A stretch of 64,000 nt of DNA, taken from Leptospiraceae bacterium (GTDB lineage Bacteria; Spirochaetota; Leptospiria; Leptospirales; Leptospiraceae). Below, piece after piece: positions 38,243 to 49,673 of the stretch. The stretch covers positions 85,191 to 149,190 of the forward strand of contig JACKPB010000009.1 in the NCBI GenBank assembly GCA_024233875.1. Direction: 5' to 3'. Within the stretch, counting starts at the first letter, position 1; every line of letters begins with the position of its first letter. A model generated the notes under the pieces. That model had not been told where the DNA came from and did no database searches. It saw only the letters and a list, made by a program, of their open reading frames with translations. Both the position numbers and the translations under genes were made by a program.

Positions 38243-39703
38243 TCAATCAATAAGAGTGAACTCAGTTCGCCGATTTGCTTTATTTGATTCGGGATCTGTT
38301 CCATTGACAAGAGGCTGTGTTGAGCCTTTGCCATCAGTATGTATACGATAGGGTTTGATTCCTTTGGAAATCAGATATTTTTTTACAGCCTCTGCTCTGT
38401 CCCAGGACAACTGAACATTAAACACCAAATCCCCTGTAAGATCTGTATGACCGGTTACTTTGATTCGATTTTCTGTGTACTCCATGAGAAAGTCCCGAAT
38501 CGCATCCAATACCGGTAATGATTCTGATTTGAGGTCGCTTGAATTTTGTTCAAAATTGATATTGTTTAAGGATAACTTCTTCTTTACCCTAAGTGTCTCG
38601 GCTATGCTTTCAATCACAGGATTTTTCATAGGCGGATTTTTATCTTCTTCCATGGAAAGAAGGGGTGGTTTGGTATCCGATTGTATGGTAGGAATCTCAG
38701 GTTCCAGCTTGATTCCGAGGTTTGATTTTGCTTTTACGTCAGGAATTTTTTTTATCGGCTTGGAAGGAGGGATTCGAGCCACCTTGGGCTCATTCGAAAC
38801 CGGCTCGGGCGGATTTTCTACCTCATCTTTAATAGCTGCATAGAGATCATAACTTTCATTAGGGTTTTTTCTACAGAAAAGAAGAGAATTGTCGGTTGGA
38901 TTCACAATCAAATAAGCTTCATTTCCGGCTGTATTGATCTCAGGTCCTAGATTTTCAGGTGCAGAATAACTCCCATCCGAATTGATTTTCGAACGATAGA
39001 GATCATAGCCTCCATAGCCTCCGGGACGGTTGGATGAAAAATAAAGATACTTTCCGTCAGGTGAAACTACTGCTGCAAAATTGGAAGTCCCGGGAAGATT
39101 GATCGGTGAGGGGAGGGGTTCTGCCGAATACAGATTGTTTCCTATCAAAGGGGCTTTGTAGATTTTTGCACTGTTGGGATCACCAAATGGATATCTCGTG
39201 AAAAACAAGTCATTCCCATGTAGATAAGGATTTTCTTCCATCTCCTCAGAATTGATTCGATCTGAGAGAGTCGCCGGTTGAGACCATCTTCCATTGATGT
39301 TTTCAGAATAGTACAGATCTCTGGATACACCCAACTGTCCATTAGGAAGTCGAAACTCCAAGGATCCATCGCGATTTGAAGAAAAAATGATGAATTGTTC
39401 CTGTCCGTACACATAAGGACTCTGGTCATCATAGGGTGAATTCAAGCTATCCACAGAGATTGGATTTGACCATTGTCCATTGATCAGTTTGGATTTGTAC
39501 AGATCTGTGTACTCAGAACCTCTCTTGGAATAGAAATATAGAGTCTTTCCATCACTTGTAAGGGATGGACCGAACTCCTGGTTGTTAGTATTTATATTTT
39601 TCGGTAAAGGAAAGACCTTATAGCCTTCTTTGAGGATTTCTTGAGAATAGAGAAATCTAGTAAAGGCAATGGATAGAAAAAAGAAAATCCTTAGAATTGA
39701 CAT
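38243..39703 (-). CDS. OmpA-family protein with N-terminal TolB-like beta-propeller repeats
   Basis: Repeated ...SPDGK.LYF.S.R... WD40-like TolB blades. Pro-rich linker. C-terminal OmpA_C (TGHTDLTGD...NRRTEF). Confidence 0.8.
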   Translation of the reverse strand: MSILRIFFFLSIAFTRFLYSQEILKEGYKVFPLPKNINTNNQEFGPSLTSDGKTLYFYSKRGSEYTDLYKSKLINGQWSNPISVDSLNSPYDDQSPYVYGQEQFIIFSSNRDGSLEFRLPNGQLGVSRDLYYSENINGRWSQPATLSDRINSEEMEENPYLHGNDLFFTRYPFGDPNSAKIYKAPLIGNNLYSAEPLPSPINLPGTSNFAAVVSPDGKYLYFSSNRPGGYGGYDLYRSKINSDGSYSAPENLGPEINTAGNEAYLIVNPTDNSLLFCRKNPNESYDLYAAIKDEVENPPEPVSNEPKVARIPPSKPIKKIPDVKAKSNLGIKLEPEIPTIQSDTKPPLLSMEEDKNPPMKNPVIESIAETLRVKKKLSLNNINFEQNSSDLKSESLPVLDAIRDFLMEYTENRIKVTGHTDLTGDLVFNVQLSWDRAEAVKKYLISKGIKPYRIHTDGKGSTQPLVNGTDPESNKANRRTEFTLID

Positions 39704-39745
39704 GATCTTCCTTTTTTGACTGTTGGAGTAAGAATTAGTTTTGAT

Positions 39746-41221
39746 TTAAAAGAACATAGTAATGGATACTCCTGCGTGGAGAGCCCTTCCACCCATGGAA
39801 TAACTGGGATTTCTTTCAGTTGGTATTCTTTTCCAAACATGTTCTCCATGCAATTTTTGATACCCTGCTACAAAATCAAGAATGATCGGGCTTTTTAAAT
39901 CTTTTAAAAATCCTGGTAGAAGTACATAGGACAATCCGGCTGTGTATCCCATCGAATCAAAATCCATCCAATTCACCTGACCGTACATAGTCGGGGTAGG
40001 TCTAGGTCTTCTCGCGATTCCCGCCCGAAATTTCAACCAATCCCTCCAGCTGTATTCGGTTCCTAATCTCATGATATTGATGTCATTGAAATAGACTTTT
40101 TCGCTATAGGAATTCTTTGTACGGGATTGTCGGAAGGCCGACCAGAGTTCACGATCCAATTGAATCGAGACTAAAATCTTTTCCAGGGGTCGATAGGCCA
40201 TTCCATAGGACCATTTTCTGGGAGAAAAAAGATCATACATAGCTACATCAAAATCCAGCTGGATCCCGAGTAAGGTAGTTTGCGCCCGCGCAGGTAGACT
40301 ATCCACACTCAGTGCCATCTCCCGCCGATAAGAAATCCCTGCGGAAAATTTTCCATATTGAAAATTCAATCCGAACAATGGATTGGCAAAAGGTTTGGTT
40401 TCCAGGATGACTTGCTGATTGGGAATCACCCTATCCCTCGAAACCGGAACATCCTTCAATAGGATGGCTCCCTTTCCAGAGATACTCCCTGTAAAACCTA
40501 TCCCCGCAAACAATCGGTCCTTCCAGAGCTCTATTCCCAATCCACCCATAATAGTAGGTTTTTGGTTGGAAACACCTCTTTGAAGATATCGGTGAACCGT
40601 AGGATTTACATCGTTTATAGTTAATAAATTACCTGTTCCCGGTAGTAAGACATTCAATCCAAATTTGATATTTCTTTTCAAATCATAAATCGAGTTCAGA
40701 TTGATAGTCAATCCTAACCCGCCGTAATCGTCCCTCACACGTACCAGATCCTGATTTGAAGGAGCAGAAGTATTCAACTCAGGTCGCGCGAAATTGTATT
40801 GAAAAGTCAATTCATGGGGAGTCGTTGTGGTTCTTTTAGCCGGGATATAAGTGAAGGAATTCTTTTTGACATCTTCCCAGAGTTTTTTGTATCCACCCGG
40901 TTTTTTTTGAGGATCTTGGGCCTCTTCTGTTGTAGATGATTCTAAATTAGCTTCTTCCAGAGCTTTTTGTTTCTCAAGTTCTTTGGCTTCTATCCTTGCC
41001 CGAATCAGCTCTCCTTCGGAAAGTTTTCCGAGACCTGCTACATTATAATAAACCGATGAACTATCATTTACAGTGGAAACTACAGCTCCTCCCATCGCAG
41101 CAGCGGCGGGATGAGCTCCATAAATATCACCAAATTCTCCTGCAGAGAGGGAGATGGGAACAATTACCCCCATGATTAAATGAAGTGATACTAGTCGAAG
41201 TACTTTCATACTCCCTCTCAA
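39746..41221 (-). CDS. FadL/OmpP1-like outer-membrane beta-barrel protein (paralog of 1020..2450)
   Basis: Signal peptide. N-terminal YGAHPAAAAMGGAVVSTVNDSSSVYYNVAGLG parallels the GMGGA..YYNPAG motif of the other copy. Ends in aromatic ...TMFF. Confidence 0.5.
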   Translation of the reverse strand: MRGSMKVLRLVSLHLIMGVIVPISLSAGEFGDIYGAHPAAAAMGGAVVSTVNDSSSVYYNVAGLGKLSEGELIRARIEAKELEKQKALEEANLESSTTEEAQDPQKKPGGYKKLWEDVKKNSFTYIPAKRTTTTPHELTFQYNFARPELNTSAPSNQDLVRVRDDYGGLGLTINLNSIYDLKRNIKFGLNVLLPGTGNLLTINDVNPTVHRYLQRGVSNQKPTIMGGLGIELWKDRLFAGIGFTGSISGKGAILLKDVPVSRDRVIPNQQVILETKPFANPLFGLNFQYGKFSAGISYRREMALSVDSLPARAQTTLLGIQLDFDVAMYDLFSPRKWSYGMAYRPLEKILVSIQLDRELWSAFRQSRTKNSYSEKVYFNDINIMRLGTEYSWRDWLKFRAGIARRPRPTPTMYGQVNWMDFDSMGYTAGLSYVLLPGFLKDLKSPIILDFVAGYQKLHGEHVWKRIPTERNPSYSMGGRALHAGVSITMFF

Positions 41222-41230
41222 ATTAAAAAA

Positions 41231-44200
41231 TTATTCGAATATTTTTTGAAGATAAACTATTGATTTATCTGACAATTGATTTATTATCTTGTCATCAAAT
41301 AGATTATTTTGCAATGAATTTTTCTCAAATTTTTTATTTATTCGTGATCTTATCCCTGAAATGATTTGAACAATTTCATTTTCCCGTTCTTTATCCCGAA
41401 TTAAACTTAATTCATTCAATAAATCATAAAGACCGGACTCGTTTGCATAGTAGAGAATCTCCAGAAACTTTTTATCTTTCCCCTCTTTATCTAATTCTAA
41501 CAAAAGAGCTGATTTGATTCCTATCAAATTAACAAAGAAATTTACTATTTGAGTAGTTAATATTTCTTTCAATAAGGGATGTGAGGTCAATAACGTGCTA
41601 TACTTTTTGATCAATTGCTCCGGAAAATAATCAAAGTAAATGTTTTCCACTTTCTTAAATACAACTGATTCTCCGGACAAAATATCATTGTACAGGTCCA
41701 TTTTTACATACCCAAGCAATACACAAAGTACGGGTCTCGGTATTCCTTTGGAAATCGCATACCATTCGTCCCATTCATGCTGTGATACAGGAATTTTTTC
41801 CGTTCTGGGGTTCAGGATTTTTTTCTTAATTAGATAATTTGTAACTTCCAGAAAATCATTCCATCCATACTTTTCGGATTCAAAAAGATCTGTTTCTATA
41901 CTCAAACTTTGAAGAGAATTGTCTCTTAAAACCTTAGTAGATACTTCCTGTCCAAGAGTTTCCAACAAGACATCTCTTTCTTTCTCATTTTTAAGCTTTT
42001 TCTTTTCCAATAATAGATTAAAGAATATTTTTAAGTTCACTTCATGATCGGAAAGATCCACACCGGCAGAATTATCCAATGCATCTGTGTAGATTCGACC
42101 CCCATTCAAAGAATACTCAATCCTTCCTAATTGCGTGAGACCGAGATTTCCTCCTTCACTCAAAACCCTTGCTCTAATTTCATTTCCGTTTACTCTAACA
42201 TCATTATTAGAAGGATCTCCTACTTTTAAATTGTCCTCTGATTCGGACTTTACATAGGTACCGATTCCACCGTTATAGAGTAGATCTACAGGAGCCTTAA
42301 GGATTGCTTTCACTAAATCCTGACCGGAAAGTGTGGTTTCGGTGATATCCAAAACTTTCTGAACTTCCGGGGATATGCTGATCTTTTTCTCAGATCGATT
42401 GAATACTCCTCCTCCTTTTGAAATCAGAGACGAATCGTACTGATCCCAGCCAGCATTTTGCGAATTGAACAATCTTTTTCTTTCTTTATAACTTTTTTTG
42501 GGATCCGGATTGGGATCTAAAAAGATATGTTTGTGATTGAATGCTGCTATAAGTTTGTAGTGTTCACTCTCTATCAATCCATTTCCAAACACATCCCCTC
42601 CCATATCTCCAATCCCGGCTACAGTTATGGATTCCTTTCTAAAATCGATCTTGAGGTTTCTAAGATGTCTATCGGCAGTAACAAGAGCTCCTTTCGCTGT
42701 AATACCAAATGCTTTGTGCGAATATCCTTTGGAACCTCCGGACGCAAAGGCATCTCCCAACCAGAAGTTATTTTCGATAGATAATGAATTAGCTGTATCT
42801 GACAGTTGTGCCGTTCCTTTGTCGGCTGCTACAACCAGGTAAGGATCGTAATCATCATATGCAAATGGACCTGTATCTCCGCCGAATGTAATTTCTTTTC
42901 CATCGATTCTATTGTCTGTCAATGATATCAATGATCGAATATAATTCTTATACGCATCTACCATTGTCAATTCAGCAGGGTTAAAAATATTTTTGGTTAG
43001 AATGAACCCACCTTTGGATCCAACAGGAACGATAACTGAGTTCTTTACCATCTGAGTCTTCATTAGAGATAGAATCTCTGTTCTGAAATCTGAAATTCTA
43101 TCAGAAAATCTCAATCCACCTCTGGCCACAGGACCTCCGCGGAGATGAATTCCCTGGAAATCAGCAGAATAAACAAAAATTTCTCTATAAGGTCTGGGAT
43201 CGGGTAGACTGGAAGGTAGAGAACTATCTATTTTATAAGCAACATATTTTCTCTTTACACCGATGGAAGTTTCCTCTCTGTCATTTTTTATTCCAAAAAA
43301 GCTTGTTCTGAGTATTGCAAGAGTGGAAGTTTTCATGGATGTGAGAACCGAATCTTCCAAAAGTGTTTTTGCCCGATCGGTCAATTCCTTAAGTTTCTCC
43401 TCAGAACGAAGTTTTCCGAGATAGAATTTATCAAAGAAATAATTCCACAATTCCATACAGAATTCCGGATGGTTGAGAAGAGTTTCATTGAAGTCAGAAC
43501 GATTGAAAGAAGGATTTGTTTGCAGGCAGTACTCTCTGATTGATTTCAGAAAAAAGATACCATTCATATCGAGTTCGGATTTCAATATGATTCCTGAGAG
43601 AGGATCCGAAGTCAAATACCCTTTCATGGTAAACGTAAATGCTTCTGCTATCCTCCTGTAGACGTTGTTTTCATTAGGAAATAATTCCATAAAAAACTCA
43701 GTCTTAGCATAAATCACATCATTCATATTGAATCTATAGACTCTTTGAGAAATAGGAGACAGTCCCATATGAGACAATGCAGTCACCCATTTGCTCAACT
43801 GAAATTCTTTATCGTGAGTGATAGCCTGAAGTTCTGTCGCACCACTATCGGACTCGTCTACCCTGAGTACGATTCTGTCATTTTTAAGTTTTCTTAATAA
43901 CTCCAGATCAACCAATACTTTTTCCGGGTCATGGGTTGCTCTATAATCCTCACGAAATTCCAATTTCTCCGGAAACTTTTCATCCTTGTATCTATCTTCC
44001 CATTTGGAACGAACATGCTCAATCCAGGGTCTGAAGATATGCTCCAATTTTGAGCTAATCTGAAATAAAGACTGCTTTGTAATACCATCCATGCGAATCA
44101 AATGAAAGGATTGGACGTAGTTTTTAACCAAAACTTCATACTTTTTGATTCTTGCCCCCTGTAGATCTTTTTCGATAATCTCAGGAATAGAAGTTAGTTT

Positions 44201-45256
44201 ATCTTCCGACCATAGTTTCTCCGGAATGATAGATATAATCAACCCCAGGTTTTCTTTTAATTTGATACCATTTGAACGAATATTTGTTTTTAAAGATTGC
44301 TCAACGATTGCACTGTATATAGAAATATATGATCGATAAGGAATTAAGAAAAGAATCTCGGTGGGAATGTAATTGAAAACCATTCTGACAGTTCTTCCTA
44401 AACCTGAAAACTGTTGGATATTTTCTTCTTTCATGAACTGATACAACCTATCTTTCATCAAAGGTATATCAATCATAGCCGAGGATTGTCCTTTTTGATT
44501 GAAGGTTCCCTCTAAAATCAATTTTTTGCCAAGACGGGTAAAACAAATATAAAATAGATTCCCCTCATTTAAATATGATTGTCTCAAGGATTCTCTGGCG
44601 TAAAAATTAGTTTCTTCGTTATCATCAGGTAGGGTGGTAAACCAATCCCAAATCTCACCTTCTCTTGGAAAGTCACCCAAACTATATTCTTCTTCTTTGC
44701 TCTGAAAAAAACTACCTTCCCATACAAAACCTTTCTTAAGTAACCATTGAATGAGTTCAACATATTCAGGTTGAAAATTCTTATTCCAAAGATCAGATCT
44801 CTGATTAACTAAAAAATTATAATCCTTGGTATATTTTAATATTTTTGAGTAAGCATCTTTAATATTTTTAGATAGTACCGTATTCAGATCATTAGATAGG
44901 TTTTGTATTTCAATATAATAAAATTCAAAATCTTCTGAGGGATGAAAGTGTAAACTACGATTGATTTCCAGATCATGACGATGAAACAATTCTCTGATCT
45001 TTGCGGCAAAAAATGGCATTGATTTGCAGATGATTGTGATACACCTTAAATTGATCCGCAGTAAAGGATCCTGCTCTAAGGGTTTGTAGGTTTTTATGGA
45101 AAGATTTTTATTGCCCGACTCAGAAAATACTTCCAAGAGTTCATTTTCTAAGTACTCTATTTCATCGGATTTATAAAAGTCTTTGTAGATATCGCTGAGT
45201 GATTTTTGAAAGGATGAATGAAAAAACGTTTTATCAATGCTCATAAAAACTCCCAA
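41231..45256 (-). CDS. NAD-specific glutamate dehydrogenase, large form (GdhB / Bac_GDH type)
   Basis: 1341 aa. Catalytic-core motifs GGLRFSDR and VPVGSKGGF, plus Gly-rich nucleotide-binding regions typical of PF05088 large NAD-GDH. Confidence 0.85.
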   Translation of the reverse strand: MGVFMSIDKTFFHSSFQKSLSDIYKDFYKSDEIEYLENELLEVFSESGNKNLSIKTYKPLEQDPLLRINLRCITIICKSMPFFAAKIRELFHRHDLEINRSLHFHPSEDFEFYYIEIQNLSNDLNTVLSKNIKDAYSKILKYTKDYNFLVNQRSDLWNKNFQPEYVELIQWLLKKGFVWEGSFFQSKEEEYSLGDFPREGEIWDWFTTLPDDNEETNFYARESLRQSYLNEGNLFYICFTRLGKKLILEGTFNQKGQSSAMIDIPLMKDRLYQFMKEENIQQFSGLGRTVRMVFNYIPTEILFLIPYRSYISIYSAIVEQSLKTNIRSNGIKLKENLGLIISIIPEKLWSEDKLTSIPEIIEKDLQGARIKKYEVLVKNYVQSFHLIRMDGITKQSLFQISSKLEHIFRPWIEHVRSKWEDRYKDEKFPEKLEFREDYRATHDPEKVLVDLELLRKLKNDRIVLRVDESDSGATELQAITHDKEFQLSKWVTALSHMGLSPISQRVYRFNMNDVIYAKTEFFMELFPNENNVYRRIAEAFTFTMKGYLTSDPLSGIILKSELDMNGIFFLKSIREYCLQTNPSFNRSDFNETLLNHPEFCMELWNYFFDKFYLGKLRSEEKLKELTDRAKTLLEDSVLTSMKTSTLAILRTSFFGIKNDREETSIGVKRKYVAYKIDSSLPSSLPDPRPYREIFVYSADFQGIHLRGGPVARGGLRFSDRISDFRTEILSLMKTQMVKNSVIVPVGSKGGFILTKNIFNPAELTMVDAYKNYIRSLISLTDNRIDGKEITFGGDTGPFAYDDYDPYLVVAADKGTAQLSDTANSLSIENNFWLGDAFASGGSKGYSHKAFGITAKGALVTADRHLRNLKIDFRKESITVAGIGDMGGDVFGNGLIESEHYKLIAAFNHKHIFLDPNPDPKKSYKERKRLFNSQNAGWDQYDSSLISKGGGVFNRSEKKISISPEVQKVLDITETTLSGQDLVKAILKAPVDLLYNGGIGTYVKSESEDNLKVGDPSNNDVRVNGNEIRARVLSEGGNLGLTQLGRIEYSLNGGRIYTDALDNSAGVDLSDHEVNLKIFFNLLLEKKKLKNEKERDVLLETLGQEVSTKVLRDNSLQSLSIETDLFESEKYGWNDFLEVTNYLIKKKILNPRTEKIPVSQHEWDEWYAISKGIPRPVLCVLLGYVKMDLYNDILSGESVVFKKVENIYFDYFPEQLIKKYSTLLTSHPLLKEILTTQIVNFFVNLIGIKSALLLELDKEGKDKKFLEILYYANESGLYDLLNELSLIRDKERENEIVQIISGIRSRINKKFEKNSLQNNLFDDKIINQLSDKSIVYLQKIFE

Positions 45257-45291
45257 TATAGATTTATTAAGAGTTACAGATTATGAGCGAA

Positions 45292-46866
45292 TTATTTTAT
45301 TTCCAGAACTTTTCCTTTCAAAAAGGAAACAATCTTATCTTTTGAGGTATTATTCAGACTTTTTACAATTTCTGTCGGTTCGAGGAGCAAATACCTGGGA
45401 ATATCACCCGAAATAATTTTTGTTTCTTCCGGAATATTTATAAATCCCGATGCTTCTGTAAATGATTTGCGAAAGGTCAATTGAACTGATATATCCTGGT
45501 TTAAGTAGGAATCATCAATTTCTTTGAGATAGATCCAATTGGTGTGCTTTCCCTGTTTCAACAAAATCTTTCTAGATGTTTTTAGTATTGATTTTTGGGC
45601 GTTGAAAACCAGCTTCTCTGCTACTTCACGTATATTGGAAGTTACAGGAGACTTCTGTATCACTTTTTCTCCTGTACTTTTCTGAAAAATTTCGAAGAGA
45701 TTGTTTGGATGCGGAAAATCCACATATCTATAGATTTCACCCTCGGGAATCAATTGGAGTTCATTGATGTCAATGTCTCTCAATGTTTGCTTGCCCGAGT
45801 GATCTACATAAACTTTGCGATCAAATAAAAAGATTTTCTTCAAACCTTTCTGGGTACCCAAAGACTGTTCATGAATGATTTGGTGCAAATTTTGACCGGA
45901 GGATCTAGCCGCCTTTCTGTAGATATTCATATCATTGTAATCGAAGTAAGAACCTGTGAGGATATATACTTTCAACCCCATACTGGTCAGATCCTGAGTA
46001 GCCGAAACCAGCTTATAAGAACTCTTTCCTCCAGTGGTCGCATCTGAAAACAGGATAAATTTTCTATTTTTGTATCCCGAAAAGACCAGGTTGCTCTTCA
46101 ATTTTGACAAATAAGAAGCCAGAACATCTGAATCTATAGATCCTGAAAATCGCACTCTTTTGAGAACATCCCTTATGTTTTCATGATTCAAACTAGGTTG
46201 AACCACTTTCATACCTTTTTGTCCGAATAAAGCCAATCCGATAGAAAGATCAGAACCCAAAGTACCTTCAATAAAACTGATCAATTCTCTGGAGTCAGAA
46301 GATAGAGATCCCGAAAGATCTATTCCAAAAATCACTTCCTGCTTTTGATTCGGATTGCCCAAAAATTTTTCCGGTCTCTTTGGGTTTAGATAGGAAAAAG
46401 CTTTCAGTGCATGTTTTTCCATATCAGAATAAAAATCCTGTTTTAAAATCGATTCCTGAGAATAGATCAATCTTCCACCGCAATCATATGTCATCGTATG
46501 GATGAGAGTGGAACCCAAATCTGAAGCTCCGGAAAAATCCACTTCATTTTGAACAACGTAATCCGTCTCCAAATCCGAGCAAATTCTACTGATCAAATCT
46601 CTGGATGGCTTTCGGGAAAGGTCTTCATTCATGCTAGTGATGATATTTCTAACAGAAGAAAAAGAACTCAATCCGACTTCAAAGTTTTGATTGGTATAGA
46701 AGGCCAGCAATTCAGAGACCCCTGTATCCGGTTTGTCTTTCTTGAGTAGGGAAAGGGGAGCATCTCCAATGATGTAAGAGGGTAGGAATGTCAATTCTCT
46801 TGAGAACAATTGAGAATCCAATACAAGAAAAAATATTAGAAAACTAGCCAGAAACTTTTTCACCAT
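45292..46866 (-). CDS. Secreted von Willebrand factor A (vWA)-domain protein
   Basis: Signal peptide. MIDAS-like DxSxS in VIFGIDLSGSL. ~524 aa. Confidence 0.5.
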   Translation of the reverse strand: MVKKFLASFLIFFLVLDSQLFSRELTFLPSYIIGDAPLSLLKKDKPDTGVSELLAFYTNQNFEVGLSSFSSVRNIITSMNEDLSRKPSRDLISRICSDLETDYVVQNEVDFSGASDLGSTLIHTMTYDCGGRLIYSQESILKQDFYSDMEKHALKAFSYLNPKRPEKFLGNPNQKQEVIFGIDLSGSLSSDSRELISFIEGTLGSDLSIGLALFGQKGMKVVQPSLNHENIRDVLKRVRFSGSIDSDVLASYLSKLKSNLVFSGYKNRKFILFSDATTGGKSSYKLVSATQDLTSMGLKVYILTGSYFDYNDMNIYRKAARSSGQNLHQIIHEQSLGTQKGLKKIFLFDRKVYVDHSGKQTLRDIDINELQLIPEGEIYRYVDFPHPNNLFEIFQKSTGEKVIQKSPVTSNIREVAEKLVFNAQKSILKTSRKILLKQGKHTNWIYLKEIDDSYLNQDISVQLTFRKSFTEASGFINIPEETKIISGDIPRYLLLEPTEIVKSLNNTSKDKIVSFLKGKVLEIK

Positions 46867-46925
46867 TGGATTACTTACCCTTTTTTAGACTGGACATTGA
46901 AAAATTCGATCCGGGTCGAATTTTT

Positions 46926-48443
46926 TTATTCTACCCTCATTGTAGGTTTGCTATAAGAATAAAGCCCGTGAACCGACCCCTGAGCCTGTGCGGACTCTGA
47001 TCTTCTCTCAAATCGCAAATTTCCTGCATAGAGAGCCTTGTGCAAATCGGGAATGTTTTTATAGCCCATGTCTTGAAATGATTGTCGGAGACCCTGAGCA
47101 AGATATGGAACAAAATTCGTCACCGAACCCTTGTCGACAACTGCACCACTCACACCCTGTGCTACTTTGATTTTCTGATTTTCACTGAAATATCTTTTGT
47201 CTCCACCTGCTTTCATTGCTTCCAAGGATGCCATTCCACGATATTTTTTCAATCGCATTCCATTTTCATAAAAATACTCACCCGGAGCCTCGTTTGTACC
47301 TGCAAACATAGATCCCATCATGACTGTAGCTGCTCCGATTGCCAGAGCTACAGAGATATCACCTGTATTGGAGATTCCACCATCAGCTATGATGGGAATT
47401 CCAAAATTTCTAGCATATTGTGCGGTTTTGTAAACTGCGGTGGCCTGAGCTCGCCCCACAGCCATGGTTTCTTGAGTGATACAAATAGACCCGGGTCCCA
47501 TACCGACTCTCAAGCCATCAGCTCCTGCTTCGATAAGATTTTTACATTGCTCTTTGGTGACTACGTTTCCACCCACAACATCTAAATTTTTAAAATTGGC
47601 TTTGATAAAACGAATCATTTCTAGTTGGTACACTGAGTTACCCTGAGCTGAGTCGATGACTATAACATCCACACCGGCTTCATAAAGTGCTTCGACTCTT
47701 TGCTTGGACTCCGGAAGAGTGGAAACGGCAGCTCCTACTCTGAGTCGTTTGTTTTGATCCTTGGATGCATCAGGAAAATCTTTGTTCTTTTTGAGATCGG
47801 ATCGACTCACCAATGCTACTAATAATCCTGAGGAATTGATGATGGGGAGCTTTCCAATTTTACTATTTTTTAAAATATTATTAGCTTCTTTCAGGCTTAT
47901 CCCTTGTTTACCGGTGATGAGTTCGGTAGTCATTACCTGTCCCAATTTGATGTTTCGATTGGGTTCAAAATCCACATCACGATTTGTTACTATCCCTACG
48001 AGCTTCGATGAAAATTTCCCATCTTCGGTAATCGGAATTCCTGAGAAATCATGTTTTTCCTTGATTTTATCTAGGTCACTTATAGTATGTTCCGGGCTTA
48101 GTATTATTGGGTCTGTGATGAATCCGTTTTCATATCTTTTCACACGACGGACGTGATCAACCTGTTCATCTATCGTGTTATTGTAATGAACGATCCCCAT
48201 TCCGCCCTGTAAGGCTAAAGAAATCGCCATAGAAGACTCTGTTACAGTGTCCATAGGTGAACTAATAAAAGGTTTTTTTAATATGATATTTTTCGTGATT
48301 TTTGATTCTAATTCAACATCACTGGGATTGAAATCAATGAATCCCGGTAAAATTAAAAAATCTTTATATGTCAGTCCAACAGGACCTTTAAATAGTTCTT
48401 CACCTGTAAAGCCGTCTTCGATATCTAGAATTGTCGATTTCAT
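46926..48443 (-). CDS. guaB: Inosine-5'-monophosphate dehydrogenase
   Basis: [11 protein letters not shown], a CBS pair, the catalytic loop [12 protein letters not shown] and ADGGI. Confidence 0.9.
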   Translation of the reverse strand: MKSTILDIEDGFTGEELFKGPVGLTYKDFLILPGFIDFNPSDVELESKITKNIILKKPFISSPMDTVTESSMAISLALQGGMGIVHYNNTIDEQVDHVRRVKRYENGFITDPIILSPEHTISDLDKIKEKHDFSGIPITEDGKFSSKLVGIVTNRDVDFEPNRNIKLGQVMTTELITGKQGISLKEANNILKNSKIGKLPIINSSGLLVALVSRSDLKKNKDFPDASKDQNKRLRVGAAVSTLPESKQRVEALYEAGVDVIVIDSAQGNSVYQLEMIRFIKANFKNLDVVGGNVVTKEQCKNLIEAGADGLRVGMGPGSICITQETMAVGRAQATAVYKTAQYARNFGIPIIADGGISNTGDISVALAIGAATVMMGSMFAGTNEAPGEYFYENGMRLKKYRGMASLEAMKAGGDKRYFSENQKIKVAQGVSGAVVDKGSVTNFVPYLAQGLRQSFQDMGYKNIPDLHKALYAGNLRFERRSESAQAQGSVHGLYSYSKPTMRVE

Positions 48444-48519
48444 ATTATTTCCTTATATACAGGTATTTCGAGTCGATTTCATATGCAAGAGAATTTCTTT
48501 ATTAGTGAGGACGTTTTAA

Positions 48520-49668
48520 ATGGAAACAATAAAAATTGAAAGAAGAGCAAGAGATTTCGAAGAAATCAACAGCCATCCCAAACGATTGCATCTTTTTTCG
48601 AGATTTTTAATGAATGTAGATCTTCGTGGGAAAGACATGAGAAGAAAAGCAGCTTTTCGGGGTAAGGTCGTTTCTTTTTCAGAAGATATTTCAAATTTCA
48701 CTATGGAAATTCATTCCGCTACACTTTTTAAAGGAACCCAGGTCGTTCTCACAAAATTCATAGGAAGATATGTTCAGATCGAGGGAACCATTCTGGGTGG
48801 AAATCCAAATCATGAATTCAAAATTCAAATCGATAAGATCTTATTAGCTAAAAAGTCCAGGGGATCCACAAGGATCATCCCCCCCCCGGATGTCGTATAC
48901 GCTACAAATTTTCATGTCATTCGAGCGGCTGTGGATATGGATTCGATGAACATTCCTACTGTTGTCAAAATCACTTTTAGTGATTATGAAAATAAACTGA
49001 AAAAGACATTTGACCACATCAAGATTGACGTATACAGGGGACATTTGGAAGAGAAGTTTTATCTTGTTCAATCGACAGGAAAAACGATTTATATCGAAGA
49101 CACCCAAAATCCCAAATCTTACCTACCTTTAAATGAAGAAGATTTTTTGAACTGTGAGGAAGAATTTTTTGAGGAAATCCCTGCAGTAATGAAAGATTAT
49201 AGAAATAAAAAAATAGTCTCCGAAATCATCATGCCAATCATCTACATCAACAGTGGTACTGAGGCGACACCTCTTGGCTATGTTCACATCCAATCTTACT
49301 CCCGGAAAATCAATGAGGATGATTTGATGAATGCTAAGATGTTGACATTTGAAATGATCGATAGAATTCGAGAATCACATACGATACGACACAATCAAAA
49401 GGTAGATATACTCAATATTTCTCCCGATGGACTTCGAATAAAAATCACAGACAACGATCTGAAGATGCAAATGCCCCATATTTCAGGATTCAATATGGAT
49501 ATAGTTTTCAAACTCCAATCTCCAATCAATGTGTCCGTTTTGATCAGAAATTTTATCAAAGACTCTTTTGGAAATTTAACTATGGGTATAGAAATAGAAG
49601 GATTTAGAAAAGGAGACAAACAGAGATATCTGGACAACCTGTACAGCCTCTCGCGACCAACCCGATAG
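48520..49668 (+). CDS. Hypothetical protein, possibly a degenerate PilZ/YcgR-like protein
   Basis: 382 aa with no strong motif. Contains a C9 homopolymer at 48879..48887 that encodes the PPP of IIPPPD. Confidence 0.45.
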   Translation: METIKIERRARDFEEINSHPKRLHLFSRFLMNVDLRGKDMRRKAAFRGKVVSFSEDISNFTMEIHSATLFKGTQVVLTKFIGRYVQIEGTILGGNPNHEFKIQIDKILLAKKSRGSTRIIPPPDVVYATNFHVIRAAVDMDSMNIPTVVKITFSDYENKLKKTFDHIKIDVYRGHLEEKFYLVQSTGKTIYIEDTQNPKSYLPLNEEDFLNCEEEFFEEIPAVMKDYRNKKIVSEIIMPIIYINSGTEATPLGYVHIQSYSRKINEDDLMNAKMLTFEMIDRIRESHTIRHNQKVDILNISPDGLRIKITDNDLKMQMPHISGFNMDIVFKLQSPINVSVLIRNFIKDSFGNLTMGIEIEGFRKGDKQRYLDNLYSLSRPTR

Positions 49669-49673
49669 AACTA

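Noticed and set aside
47082-47585. Cys/His-rich 167-aa ORF antisense to guaB, plus other antisense ORFs inside large genes (6383..6730, 6853..7152, 26158..26938, 42527..42842, 53350..53557 and others)
   Set aside because: They lie wholly inside, and antisense to, strongly supported conserved genes. Their composition reflects the codon complement of the host gene.
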